Positions 20,987-30,885 of a stretch of 64,000 bases of DNA are shown in pieces; position 1 is the stretch's first letter, and every line of letters starts with the position of its first letter. The stretch comes from Candidatus Lindowbacteria bacterium RIFCSPLOWO2_12_FULL_62_27 (lineage in GTDB: Bacteria > Lindowbacteria > 2-12-FULL-62-27). The stretch covers positions 1 through 64,000 of the forward strand of contig MFPR01000014.1 in assembly GCA_001784175.1 (NCBI GenBank), read 5' to 3'. Under the pieces are notes generated by a model. That model was not told the DNA's origin. It made no database searches and saw only the letters and a list, made by a program, of their open reading frames with translations. The translations under genes and the position numbers were made by a program.

Positions 20987-22015
20987 ATGAATATGAATGC
21001 AGCGGCGCCGTATGTGTCCGTGATTGTTCCCGTTCACAATCAGGCGAATTTGCTCCAGAAACTCCTGCGATCGATCTGGTCGGAGGACATGCCGACCGGA
21101 TCATACGAGGTCGTCGTCACGGACGACGGGTCCGCCCGGCCCGTCCGGGAGGAGCTGGAGCAGGCATTCCCGGACGTGGTGCGCGGCCGGCCGCTCCGGA
21201 TGCTGCGGCACGAGCACTCGAAGGGCGCGGCGGCGGCGCGGAACACCTGCTGCGCGGCGGCCGCCGGCGAGGTTCTGTTTTTCCTGGACGCCGACACCAT
21301 CATCGAAGCGGGATCCCTGCGCAGAGTCCATGACCGGTTCCGCTCGGAGCCGGCCTTGGGCGCCGTCAACGGCGGTGGAGCGATGGACCCGGCCAATCCC
21401 GAAGACGGATTCACGCCAAGATACCGCGCGCTGCTCGACCACATCCAGCAGAACCGCCGCGCGCCGGTCGCGTGCACTTTCTTCACGCCGCGCTGCGGCG
21501 CCGTCCGGAGGAAATTCTTCGACGCCTGCGGCCAGTACGATCCGAGCTTTCCGGGCGCGTCGGTGGAGGAATACGAGTTCGGCTACCGCCTCGCGCGCCA
21601 TACACCCATCGCATTTGATCCGCAGATCAACGTCCTGCACCATTACCAGAAATTCTGGAAAAACAACCGGAACTTTTTTTCCCGCGTCCGGTTCTGGATG
21701 CGGCTCTTCCGAAAACACAAAAAATTCGAAAACTTCGGCTCGGTCACCAGCTACTACGGCGCCGGTTCCGTCCTCGGCGCGATCGCCGCGCTGCTTCTGC
21801 CGTTCGTTTGTTGCCGCATGGGGATCGCGATCGCGTGCCTCATCAGCTTCAAATTGTTTTTGATCTGCTACGCCGAACTCTTCATCTGGACCTTCCGGCT
21901 CAAAGGCCTCCGGTTCACGATCCGGTCCATCCTGCTCTCCTGGTGGCTCTGCCTCTTCATCACCGCCGGCGCCCTCGCAGGCGCGATCGATGGTCTTACG
22001 GGGAAATCCGATTAA
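20987..22015 (+). CDS. GT2 family glycosyltransferase with C-terminal TM helices
   Basis: VSVIVPVHN, DDGS, AAARN, FLDAD. Confidence 0.88.
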   Translation: MNMNAAAPYVSVIVPVHNQANLLQKLLRSIWSEDMPTGSYEVVVTDDGSARPVREELEQAFPDVVRGRPLRMLRHEHSKGAAAARNTCCAAAAGEVLFFLDADTIIEAGSLRRVHDRFRSEPALGAVNGGGAMDPANPEDGFTPRYRALLDHIQQNRRAPVACTFFTPRCGAVRRKFFDACGQYDPSFPGASVEEYEFGYRLARHTPIAFDPQINVLHHYQKFWKNNRNFFSRVRFWMRLFRKHKKFENFGSVTSYYGAGSVLGAIAALLLPFVCCRMGIAIACLISFKLFLICYAELFIWTFRLKGLRFTIRSILLSWWLCLFITAGALAGAIDGLTGKSD

Positions 22016-22109
22016 CCGGTCTGTGAGGTATGAGTCGGTCTGTGGCGGTCTGTGGACAATGTGTCCGTCCTTGACCGGTTACTTATGGACTTAAACCGGA
22101 CAGCAGCGA

Positions 22110-22205
22110 TCAGGCCTTTTTTTTCATGGCATTTCTGATTTTTGCTGGGATAAACTTTTCCACCATTTTTCTGTTGAGTTCTTTTCCAAATTTTTTGGCA
22201 TCCAT
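22110..22205 (-). CDS. Putative 31-aa basic peptide MDAKKFGKELNRKMVEKFIPAKIRNAMKKKA
   Basis: Manual translation; last of four closely spaced small ORFs. Confidence 0.3.
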   Translation of the reverse strand: MDAKKFGKELNRKMVEKFIPAKIRNAMKKKA

Positions 22206-22213
22206 TCAGGCGT

Positions 22214-22315
22214 TTAGGCGTGTGGCGATTTGATGCTGACGACTATCCACGCGCCAATCGTCCAAATCAACGCGGTACAGATTAGAATCAGCATTCCAAT
22301 TTCCGCGTGTTCCAT
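22214..22315 (-). CDS. Putative 33-aa single-TM peptide MEHAEIGMLILICTALIWTIGAWIVVSIKSPHA
   Basis: Manual translation; hydrophobic helix. Confidence 0.4.
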   Translation of the reverse strand: MEHAEIGMLILICTALIWTIGAWIVVSIKSPHA

Positions 22316-22323
22316 GATCGCTG

Positions 22324-22422
22324 TTACTGTTGCTCTGATTTCTTCGCCAGATACAGGGCAACCGCAGTGTAGATCAGCCCGAAAGAAGTAAAGACAAAAA
22401 TCGCTGTTGCTGAAGCATCCAT
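22324..22422 (-). CDS. Putative 32-aa single-TM peptide MDASATAIFVFTSFGLIYTAVALYLAKKSEQQ
   Basis: Manual translation; AAGGGA upstream; TM helix followed by KK. Confidence 0.5.
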   Translation of the reverse strand: MDASATAIFVFTSFGLIYTAVALYLAKKSEQQ

Positions 22423-22429
22423 GTTTTGA

Positions 22430-22624
22430 TTATCCCTTATCTTTTTTCTTTGTCAACCAGACGGCGCCCGCCAGCATGAGGGCGCCCCCGACCCATCCAA
22501 AAAGTTGAATCGGCCGGAAAGATTCCTTTGTGACCCAATCTGCAATGCTGCCGATGATCGCCGCAAGTCCGAAAGATCGGACGTGGATTTTTATTTCTTC
22601 GATACGTTCGGGTGTCAGTTTCAT
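22430..22624 (-). CDS. 64-aa two-TM small membrane protein
   Basis: MKLTPERIEEIK..FGLAAIIG..LFGWVGGALMLAGAVWLTKKKDKG. Confidence 0.6.
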   Translation of the reverse strand: MKLTPERIEEIKIHVRSFGLAAIIGSIADWVTKESFRPIQLFGWVGGALMLAGAVWLTKKKDKG

Positions 22625-22637
22625 ATCAGCGCCGCCA

Positions 22638-24257
22638 CTACTCCCACTCATGGCGGCCGGCCGGCAGCATTTTTTGCGCGTTTTCCGCATGGCCTCGCCC
22701 GTAGCCGGCGTGCGCCTCGGCGTGGTAGGAGGACCGGACCAGCGGCCCGGATTCAACATGTTTGAATCCCAGTTTCAGTCCGACCCGTTTCCAGTGTTCA
22801 AACTCGGACGGGTGGACCCAGCGATCGACGGGGAGATGCCGGCCGGAGGGCCGGAGGTACTGGCCGAGCGTCAGGATGTCGACCTGCCGCGCGGCGATGT
22901 CGCGGAGCGCGCGGAGGATTTCGAAGGGCTGTTCGCCGATGCCCAGCATAAGGCCGGTTTTGGTCCGAAACCCCGCGTCTTTGGCGCGAGACAATAGTTC
23001 GAGCGACCGCTCGTACCGCGCCTGGGGCCGAACGGTGGGATAGAGGCGCGGGACAGTTTCGAGATTGTGGTTCAGGACGTCCGGTCCCGCATCGAGAACC
23101 GTTTTGAGCGAGGCGCCGTCGCCCAGGAAGTCCGGGATCAGGACCTCGATCTGCGTCTCCGGATTTTTCCTGCGCACCCGCCGGATCGTCCTCGCCCAAA
23201 TTTCCGCGCCCCCGTCCGGCGCGTCGTCCCGGTTCACCGACGTGATGACCACATGCCGAAGCCCCATCTCCTGCACGGCCGCCGCCACCCGCGCCGGCTC
23301 AAACTCGTCCAGCCCGGCCGGCCGGCCCGGCGTCACGGCGCAGAACCCACAGGCGCGCGTGCAAACGTCCCCGAGGATCATGAACGTCGCCGTGCCCCGG
23401 CCCCAGCATTCGCCGAGGTTCGGGCAGTGTGCGCTCTCGCAGACGGTGTGCAACTTTTTGGTGTCCATGATGTCGCGGAGCTTCACGTACACCGGACCGC
23501 CGGGGATCGGCCGGCGAAGCCAGTAGGGTTTCGGGCCGACACGATCCGGCAGGCCGCGCCGCGGCAGCGCGCTCATTTCGACCGGAACCCCGTCCGGAAA
23601 CGCCGTCTGCCACACCGCGTCCGCATCGACGGATTCGGAAGGCCCGCCGGCGGACTGAAACGCCCGGACGAACTCGTTCGCGACACGCTCTAGGCTCGGC
23701 GCGCGGCCCAGTTCCTGTTCCATGTGGGTGATCGCATCCCCCGCGCAGGCGCACGGCACGATGTGGGAAAAAGGCTTGAGATCGGGATCTACATTGAGCG
23801 AAACTCCATGGTACGAAACCGACCGGGAGATTTTAATGCCAACGAATCCGATCTTCCGCCCGCCCACCCGGACCCCGACCGACTCCGACGGCGCCGCATC
23901 CAAACCAAACGCTCGCAGGGTGTCGATCATGCACTGTTCGAGAAACCGGACCCATCGAAGCACGTAGGGGCCCGACAGTTTGAAGATCGGATACGCCACG
24001 AGCTGGCCGGGGCCGTGATACGTGACGTTCCCGCCGCGGCGCGTTTCCACAACGTCGATCCCGAGCCGCGAGAGCGTATCGCGCGGCGTCAGGACGTGCG
24101 AGCCGGGCGCGGCGGCGCCCAGCGTGATCGTGGGCGGATGTTCGAGGATGAGGAGCGTGTCGGGAATCCGGTCCTGCGCGCGCATCTCGACGAGCCGTTC
24201 CTGTAGCGCCAAGGCCGAGCGGTACGGCACGAGGCCGAGGCGCGCGTGCTCAAACAT
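22638..24257 (-). CDS. lipA: Fused octanoyltransferase LipB and lipoyl synthase LipA
   Basis: N-half LEHPPTITLG, RGGNVTYHGPGQ; C-half VCESAHCPNLGEC, CTRACGFC, GPLVRSSYHA; ATG 24257 overlaps the end of lpdA. Confidence 0.92.
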   Translation of the reverse strand: MFEHARLGLVPYRSALALQERLVEMRAQDRIPDTLLILEHPPTITLGAAAPGSHVLTPRDTLSRLGIDVVETRRGGNVTYHGPGQLVAYPIFKLSGPYVLRWVRFLEQCMIDTLRAFGLDAAPSESVGVRVGGRKIGFVGIKISRSVSYHGVSLNVDPDLKPFSHIVPCACAGDAITHMEQELGRAPSLERVANEFVRAFQSAGGPSESVDADAVWQTAFPDGVPVEMSALPRRGLPDRVGPKPYWLRRPIPGGPVYVKLRDIMDTKKLHTVCESAHCPNLGECWGRGTATFMILGDVCTRACGFCAVTPGRPAGLDEFEPARVAAAVQEMGLRHVVITSVNRDDAPDGGAEIWARTIRRVRRKNPETQIEVLIPDFLGDGASLKTVLDAGPDVLNHNLETVPRLYPTVRPQARYERSLELLSRAKDAGFRTKTGLMLGIGEQPFEILRALRDIAARQVDILTLGQYLRPSGRHLPVDRWVHPSEFEHWKRVGLKLGFKHVESGPLVRSSYHAEAHAGYGRGHAENAQKMLPAGRHEWE

Positions 24258-25647
24258 GGATGGCCCGGTTGTCGGACGCGAGCGCGGCCTCCAGTACCGC
24301 TTCGGCCATGGTCGGGTGCGCGTGGATGGTGGAGACGATCTCGTCCCTCGTGGATTCGAGGGCGAGGGCGATGCCAAGTTCGGCGATGATCTCCGTCGCT
24401 TCGTGGCCCAGAATGTGCGCGCCGACCAGTTGGGCATGAGGACCGGCGAAAATGAGTTTGACGAACCCCTCGGTTTCGTCCGCCGCGATCGCCTTGCCGA
24501 GTGCCTGGAACGGGAACCGGCCGACCTGAATGTCGTCGCCGAATTTTTTCCGTGCGGCCGGTTCCGTCAGGCCGATGCTCGCAACCTGCGGCCGGCAGTA
24601 CGTACACGCGGGGATGGCATCGTAGTTGATGACCGGCGTGTGGTCCGTGAACATTCGCTCGACCGCGACGATGCCCTCATGGGACGCGACGTGCGCCAGC
24701 CACGGCGGCCCGATGATGTCGCCGATCGCGAAGATTCCGGGCAGAGAGGTCCGGTAGTTGTCGTCGACTGCGATCCAGCCATTCTCATCCTTCAGTTTCA
24801 AGCCCTCGGCCAGAAGGCCTTCCACGTTCGGCGCGACGCCCAGCGCCACCAAGGCGGCGGAAGCGTCCACCGACGAGGGCCCCAGATCGATCCGGACGCC
24901 CGGGCCGTCGGTCGAGATCGCGTTCACCCGCGCGCCGGTCAGGATCATCATGCCGCGTCTCTCGTAAATCTTCCTCAGCCGGTCTGAAATCTCCGGATCC
25001 TCCTGCGGCAGGATGCGGTCGAGCATTTCGATGACCGTAACCTTGCTCCCGAGCGTATGGAAAAAATACGCGAACTCCATGCCGATCGCGCCCGCGCCCA
25101 GGACCGCCAGATGCGCGGGCGGCGTATCGACCAGGAGCGCCTCCTTGCTCGTCAGGATCCGCCGCCCGTCCGCACGGACGCCCGGCAGAAGCCGTGGCTT
25201 GGCGCCGACCGCGATCAGGATTTTTTCCGCCTCCAGATCCTCGCCGGCCGCACGGCCGTCGCCCGCGGGCAGGACCTGTATTTTTCCCGGCATGACGATC
25301 CGGGCCCGGCCGATCCTGTAGTCGATTTTGTTCTTCTTGAACAGAAACTCGATCCCCTTGTTCAGCCGCCCGACGACGTCGCGGCTCCGGGCGACAATCT
25401 TTTTCAGATCAAAGCCGGCGCCGGTCACGGAAAACCCGTACCGGTCCGCCGATCGCAAAAATTCGTACTGCTCGGCCGTCTTGAGCAACGCCTTCGACGG
25501 GATACATCCCCAGTTCAGGCACGTGCCGCCCGGCCGGCCCTCCTCGTCGATGACAACGACCCGCCGGCCCAACTGCGCCGCGCGGATGGCCGCCACATAC
25601 CCGCCGGGCCCGGCGCCGATCACGGCGAGATCGTACGATTCAGTCAT
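24250..25647 (-). CDS. lpdA: Dihydrolipoamide dehydrogenase (E3)
   Basis: GAGPGGY, GGTCLNWGCIPSK, HAHPTMAE. Confidence 0.96.
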   Translation of the reverse strand: MTESYDLAVIGAGPGGYVAAIRAAQLGRRVVVIDEEGRPGGTCLNWGCIPSKALLKTAEQYEFLRSADRYGFSVTGAGFDLKKIVARSRDVVGRLNKGIEFLFKKNKIDYRIGRARIVMPGKIQVLPAGDGRAAGEDLEAEKILIAVGAKPRLLPGVRADGRRILTSKEALLVDTPPAHLAVLGAGAIGMEFAYFFHTLGSKVTVIEMLDRILPQEDPEISDRLRKIYERRGMMILTGARVNAISTDGPGVRIDLGPSSVDASAALVALGVAPNVEGLLAEGLKLKDENGWIAVDDNYRTSLPGIFAIGDIIGPPWLAHVASHEGIVAVERMFTDHTPVINYDAIPACTYCRPQVASIGLTEPAARKKFGDDIQVGRFPFQALGKAIAADETEGFVKLIFAGPHAQLVGAHILGHEATEIIAELGIALALESTRDEIVSTIHAHPTMAEAVLEAALASDNRAIHV

Positions 25648-25668
25648 GACCTATGGACACCTCCTTGA

Positions 25669-26931
25669 TCAGGCAAAAATCCTCTTCAGTTCCTTCACCG
25701 CGTTGTTCACCCGGCCGTACAGGCGGCCCATGTCGACATCGCGGTTTCCGAGCAATGCCTTGTAAGGCTCGTAGGCCAGCTCGGCCTTCGCCATGATTTC
25801 GAACTCCTCGGCGGTTCCCTCCATATCGGCGAGCGAGACCGACAGATTGAGGATGAGGGCGTGTTTGGACAGGTTCTGGACATTCTCGAGGAGGCCGAGC
25901 GGATGATGATGAAACATTGCGGACTGGATCGTTTCGGTCGAGAGCTGCCACGTTTCGAACGTGAACGCCGCGAGGTCCGCGTGGGTTCCGCCGATCGAGC
26001 GGCGTTCGGCCTCGATCTGGGGCGTGCCCTTTTCGATGAGCGACGTGATCTGGCGGTATTCGGCCGGGAAGTACTGGATGACGATGAGTTCGCCGACGTT
26101 GTGGACGAGTCCGGAGATGAACATCTCCTCCGTTTCCTTGAACGTGAGCGCCATTCCGATTTCCTTGGCCCACTGGCCGGCGTGGATCGAGTGGTCCCAT
26201 ATTTTGAGCGCTTGCTGGGTCGGGATGTTCTGGAATTTATCCATGACGCCGGCCGTCAGGATGACCTGCCGGATTTTCTTGAGGCCCAGCACCACCATGG
26301 CCTGGGTCACGGTCGTGATGCGCGACCGCAGGCCGTAGAAGGCCGAGTTGACGATTTTCAGGATCAGCGCCACGAGCGTCGGCTCCACCGACACGACCTT
26401 CGCGACCTGATCGACGTCGACGTCCGGGTCCTGAAGCATCGCCAAAATTTTCTGCGCGGGGCCCGGCAGGGCCGCCACAGTCTTGACGTTCGACAGCACC
26501 TCCCGGACCTTGCGGCCCGTCGCCACGCGCTCCTTCGACTCGACCAGCGGCTCGTCCGGCGGCGCGGCCTTGAGGTAGTCCTTCAATATCCCCGCCATCC
26601 TGTCCGGCGGCGCGACCCGCGCCAAAATGGCGGCTTGGGAGAAGAGGTATAGATCGTTCTGCTGCAATTTGAGCATCTCGTCGACCTGGCTCTGGGTCAT
26701 GTACTGAAGCTGCATGGCGGCCTCTCCGAATTTGAGCTGGATGTTGTTCAGCAAAACGTTGAGGACGGCGTTCACCTGTTCCGGTTTCAGATAGCCGCGG
26801 GACACCGCCAGGAGCCCGATCCGGCGGTCGATCTGGACCATCTGCTTGACGATCCGGATGATGTCGGACTGTTCGAAGACTTTGTTCTGCCGAAGATGGC
26901 CGATGAAGGCCTGCAACTGAGCCAGTGACAT
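25669..26931 (-). CDS. HDOD-domain protein with N-terminal MshEN-like repeats
   Basis: RIGLLAVSRGYL..KFGEAAMQLQYM; ILKIVNSAFYG, WDHS, GLVHNVGE, THAD, HHHP. Confidence 0.8.
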   Translation of the reverse strand: MSLAQLQAFIGHLRQNKVFEQSDIIRIVKQMVQIDRRIGLLAVSRGYLKPEQVNAVLNVLLNNIQLKFGEAAMQLQYMTQSQVDEMLKLQQNDLYLFSQAAILARVAPPDRMAGILKDYLKAAPPDEPLVESKERVATGRKVREVLSNVKTVAALPGPAQKILAMLQDPDVDVDQVAKVVSVEPTLVALILKIVNSAFYGLRSRITTVTQAMVVLGLKKIRQVILTAGVMDKFQNIPTQQALKIWDHSIHAGQWAKEIGMALTFKETEEMFISGLVHNVGELIVIQYFPAEYRQITSLIEKGTPQIEAERRSIGGTHADLAAFTFETWQLSTETIQSAMFHHHPLGLLENVQNLSKHALILNLSVSLADMEGTAEEFEIMAKAELAYEPYKALLGNRDVDMGRLYGRVNNAVKELKRIFA

Positions 26932-26954
26932 CCCGGGTCAGCTTCCGACGGGAA

Positions 26955-28217
26955 TTATCTCGCCCAAGTTTCCGGCGCGGCCAGGATCTGTTTGAGGTCA
27001 CGGAGGAAGCTCGCGCCGGCGGCGCCGTCGAGCGCGCGATGGTCGCAGGCCAGCGTCACGCCCATCCGCCGCCCGACGTAGAGGTGGCCCTCGTCGTCCA
27101 CGCATGGCTCCTGCCGGATCGCCGCCACGGCCAGGATCGCAACCTGCGGGGGATTGATGATCGGCTGGAAATTGTCCAGGCCGAACATGCCGAGGTTGCT
27201 GACGGTGAAACTGCCGCCCATGTACTCGTCCGGCTTCAATTTCATCCGGCGCGCGCGCTCGGCCATCTCCGCCGCCGTCCCGTGAATGTCCGGCAGGGTG
27301 AGCCGCTCGCAATTTTTGATCACGGGCGTGAGGAGGCCGCCCTCGAACGCGACGGCAAAGGCCAGATCGACGGCCGCGTGGGTGTGGATCCCGATGCCGT
27401 CAAAGGTCGCGTTCAGGCCGGGATTGAGCATGAGCGCGCGGCACACCGCCATCAGGACGAAATCGTTGTACGAAAATCCTCCATCTGAATCCCCGACTTT
27501 GGCGTTCAGGGCCGCGCGCAGGCCCACGACACGGTCCATCCGGATCGTGTCCTGCAGATAAAAATGCGGAATGGTCTGCTTGGCCTGGCTCATCCGCTCC
27601 GCGATGACCTTCCGCATCCCGTCCAGCGGCTGGAGCGTTTCGGCCAGCCGGTTTTCGATGACCATCGCCGGCTGCCCGGCGCGACCGCGCGAAGGCAGCC
27701 GCGCGTCGACGCCGGCTTTCAATATCTCTTCGATGTCGCTTTTCACGATCCGCCCGCCCGGGCCCGATCCCCGCACGGCCTCGAGCGGGATGCCGCGCTC
27801 GGCGGCCATCTTCGCGGCCAGGGGCGAGACCCGCACGCCGCCGGCGCCCACCGCGGCGGGAGGAGGCGGCGGAACCGGCGCTTGGGGCCTGACAGCGGCG
27901 GGTTCTGGGACAACGCGGGCCGGCGCGAGCTTCTTCTCAGCCGCCGGAGTTTCCTTCAACAGCGCGTCAATGTTTTCGCCCTTGTCGCCGATGACGCACA
28001 TCACGGCGCCGACCTGGACTTTCTCGTTTTCCTGGACCAGCCGCTTGAGGAGCGTCCCCGGGTCGAACGCCTCGAGGTCCATGTTGGCCTTGTCGGTCTC
28101 GACTTCGGCCAGGACGTCGCCGGGCTTGACCTCGTCGCCCTCATTCTTGTGCCACCGGATCAGCCGGCCCTCCTTCATCGTGTCGCTCAGTTTGGGCATG
28201 CTGATTTTGGTGGCCAC
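26955..28217 (-). CDS. pdhC: Pyruvate dehydrogenase E2 dihydrolipoamide acetyltransferase
   Basis: MPKLSDTM, VETDKA lipoyl motif, GSGPGGRI, DHRALDG. Confidence 0.93.
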   Translation of the reverse strand: MATKISMPKLSDTMKEGRLIRWHKNEGDEVKPGDVLAEVETDKANMDLEAFDPGTLLKRLVQENEKVQVGAVMCVIGDKGENIDALLKETPAAEKKLAPARVVPEPAAVRPQAPVPPPPPAAVGAGGVRVSPLAAKMAAERGIPLEAVRGSGPGGRIVKSDIEEILKAGVDARLPSRGRAGQPAMVIENRLAETLQPLDGMRKVIAERMSQAKQTIPHFYLQDTIRMDRVVGLRAALNAKVGDSDGGFSYNDFVLMAVCRALMLNPGLNATFDGIGIHTHAAVDLAFAVAFEGGLLTPVIKNCERLTLPDIHGTAAEMAERARRMKLKPDEYMGGSFTVSNLGMFGLDNFQPIINPPQVAILAVAAIRQEPCVDDEGHLYVGRRMGVTLACDHRALDGAAGASFLRDLKQILAAPETWAR

Positions 28218-28221
28218 GGGA

Positions 28222-29211
28222 TCAGGCCACCGCCCGGTAGAGGGATTTTTTGGCGGCCATCACGATTTTTTCCGGCGAAGGCTGTGCGAGGGTTTCGATG
28301 GATTCGTTGTACGGCATGGGCGCCTCTTCGAGGGTCACGCGTTCGATGGGCGCGTCCATGTAATCGAAGGCGTGGCGCTGGACGAGGTCGACGATCGACG
28401 CGCCGATGCCGCAGAACGACCAGCTCTCCTCGACGGTCACCATCCGGTTGGTTTTCCTGAACGACCGCAGAATGAGGTCCTGGTCGATCGGCCGGAGACT
28501 GATGAGGTCGATGACCTCGGCCTTGATCCCCTCCTGCGCCAGAAGGTCGGCCGCGGCCAGCGCCTGATGGACGCGCTTGCTGTAGGCCACGATCGTCACG
28601 TCCTCCCCGTCCCGCGCGATGCGGCCCTTGTCCAGGGGCAGCAGAAAATCGGGGTCGTCCGGAACGTCGCCCTTCATGGCGTACAAAAGCTCACTTTCCA
28701 TGAATATCACCGGATCGTTGTCCCGGATGGCAGACTTCAACAGGCCCTTGGCGTTCTCCGGCGTCGAACACGCGACGACCTTGAGGCCGGGGCAGTGGGC
28801 GAAGATGGACTCCAGGGCGTTGGAGTGCGTCGCCGCGAGCTGATGGACGACGCCGCTCGGCCCGCGCATCGTGATGGGCAGGGTGATCTGGCCGCCCGAC
28901 ATGTAGCGGATCTTGGCGGCGTTGTTGAGGATCTGGTCCATGGCGACGAGGGAGAATGAAAACGTCATGAATTCGACGACGGGCCGCATGCCCGCCATGG
29001 CGGCGCCGACCCCGAGCCCGCAGAACCCGCTTTCGCTGATCGGCGCGTCGACCACGCGCTGGGGGCCGTACTTGGCCAAAAGCCCCTTGGTCACCTTGTA
29101 GGCGCCGTCATATTCGGCGACTTCCTCGCCGATGATGAATACCTTCGGGTCCCGCGCCAGCTCCTCGTCCAGCGCCATGTTCAGGGCTTTCCGAAATTCG
29201 ACTTCAGGCAT
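28222..29211 (-). CDS. pdhB: Pyruvate dehydrogenase E1 beta
   Basis: GEEVAEYDGAYKVT, APISE, EFMTFSF, ATHS. Confidence 0.95.
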   Translation of the reverse strand: MPEVEFRKALNMALDEELARDPKVFIIGEEVAEYDGAYKVTKGLLAKYGPQRVVDAPISESGFCGLGVGAAMAGMRPVVEFMTFSFSLVAMDQILNNAAKIRYMSGGQITLPITMRGPSGVVHQLAATHSNALESIFAHCPGLKVVACSTPENAKGLLKSAIRDNDPVIFMESELLYAMKGDVPDDPDFLLPLDKGRIARDGEDVTIVAYSKRVHQALAAADLLAQEGIKAEVIDLISLRPIDQDLILRSFRKTNRMVTVEESWSFCGIGASIVDLVQRHAFDYMDAPIERVTLEEAPMPYNESIETLAQPSPEKIVMAAKKSLYRAVA

Positions 29212-30232
29212 AAATATCCTCGTAGAGCGCGTCGGGCGAAGGCGGCGGACTTTCCTCCGCGAATTTCACCGATTCCTCCACCGACGCCGACTCCTCCGCG
29301 TCGATCTCGTCGAGATCCCCGGACGCGGCGTGCTTCTGCTTCAAAATATGCTGCGCCACCTGCGCGATCGGATCGCGGGCCTTGTGCGCGTCCACTTCCT
29401 CGCGGGTGCGGTACGAGCCGGGATCCGACATCGAGTGCCCGCGGAACCGGTACGTGACGGCTTCGACAAACGACGGCTGAAACTCCTCGCGGGCGCGCCG
29501 GATGAGGCCGCCCGTCACGTCCATGACTTCGAACAGATTGTTTCCGTCCACCCGGCAGGTCGGCATTTTGTAGGAATTGGCGCGAAGATAAATGTTCTCC
29601 TCCGCCGCGCCCCGCGCCACGGCGGTGCCCATCGCGTAGCCGTTGTTCTCGCACACGAACACCACCGGAAGCTTGTAGAGGCTCGCCAGGTTCAGCGCCT
29701 CGTGGACCGCGCCCTGGTTCATCGCGCCGTCGCCGAAAAAACAGAGACAGACGCCCTTCTGGTCCTGGTGCTTGATCGCCCAGCCGATGCCGCAGGCCAG
29801 AGGCACATGCGCGCCGACAATGCCGTGGCCGCCCATGAACCGGACCGACGTGTCGAAGAAATGCATCGACCCGCCCTTGCCCCGCGAACAACCCGTGGCC
29901 TTGCCGTACAGCTCCGCCATGCAGGCCTTCACGGACAGCCCGCGCGCGAGGGCCTGGCCATGGTCGCGATAGGCGGTGATGACGTAATCCTGCGGCCCAA
30001 GAAGCGATATCATCCCGACCGCGACCGCCTCCTGGCCCGAATAGATGTGACAGAACCCGCCGATTTTCCGCTGAAGATACACCTGATAGCACCGCTCCTC
30101 AAATTTGCGGAGGCGCACCATCGTCCGGTAAATCTCCAACAGCTTCGGACCCGGAAGGTCCGAGGAACGCCCGGGATCGGCCGGCGGTCTGGCGGCCCGG
30201 GAAGCGGCCAGTTTGGCGGCGGATGTTTTCAT
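29204..30232 (-). CDS. pdhA: Pyruvate dehydrogenase E1 alpha
   Basis: GKGGSMH, FGDGA..ENN, RFRGHSMSDP. Confidence 0.95.
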   Translation of the reverse strand: MKTSAAKLAASRAARPPADPGRSSDLPGPKLLEIYRTMVRLRKFEERCYQVYLQRKIGGFCHIYSGQEAVAVGMISLLGPQDYVITAYRDHGQALARGLSVKACMAELYGKATGCSRGKGGSMHFFDTSVRFMGGHGIVGAHVPLACGIGWAIKHQDQKGVCLCFFGDGAMNQGAVHEALNLASLYKLPVVFVCENNGYAMGTAVARGAAEENIYLRANSYKMPTCRVDGNNLFEVMDVTGGLIRRAREEFQPSFVEAVTYRFRGHSMSDPGSYRTREEVDAHKARDPIAQVAQHILKQKHAASGDLDEIDAEESASVEESVKFAEESPPPSPDALYEDIYA

Positions 30233-30879
30233 GGGGTGGAATCGTATCTGGCGCGGGATTTTTTGTCGAGCCGTTCCTTGAAGTTCCTCGCGGCCCCTTC
30301 GGGGTCCGGGGCGGCGAGAATGGCGGAGAGGACGGCGGCACGGCTTGCGCCGGCGGCCAGGGCCGCGTCGAGGGTCTCAAGGGTGATGCCGCCGATGGGA
30401 AAAACGGGGATCGGCACGGTCAACTGCAAGGGCCGGATCAAGGCCGGGCCGACCACCGGCCGGAGTCCCTGTTTTTTCGTGCCGGTGGGGAAAATCGGCC
30501 CGAAGCCGACATAGGTGGCGCCCGCGTCCGCAGCGGCCTTCGCCTCATCCACCGAATGCGTCGATACGCCGATCCATGCGGTCGGCAGAAAGGCCCGCGC
30601 CTCCAGGATCGACTGGTCGGTCTGCCCGAGATGCAGGCCGGCGGCCTTGACGCGCCAGGCGACCTTCGAATGGTCGTTGATGATGAGCGGCACGCCGTGG
30701 CGGTCGAGCATTTCCTTCAAGCGGCCCGCCTCCTCGATCTGGTCCGGGATGGATTTGGTTTTGTTCCGGTATTGAACGATGTCCACGCCGCCGCGGACGG
30801 CCGCCTCGACGACATCGAGGAGCGGACGGGAGCCGAGAATTTTTTCGTCGGTCAGAAGGTAAAGCCGGGGGAAGTTCAG
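30229..30879 (-). CDS. thiE: Thiamine-phosphate synthase (TMP-TENI domain); start uncertain (CTG 30879?)
   Basis: RLYLLTD..GGVDIVQYRNK, LIIND, HLGQTD, GVSTHS, PTGTK, IGGI. Confidence 0.88.
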   Translation of the reverse strand: MNFPRLYLLTDEKILGSRPLLDVVEAAVRGGVDIVQYRNKTKSIPDQIEEAGRLKEMLDRHGVPLIINDHSKVAWRVKAAGLHLGQTDQSILEARAFLPTAWIGVSTHSVDEAKAAADAGATYVGFGPIFPTGTKKQGLRPVVGPALIRPLQLTVPIPVFPIGGITLETLDAALAAGASRAAVLSAILAAPDPEGAARNFKERLDKKSRARYDSTP

Positions 30880-30885
30880 GAGAGA

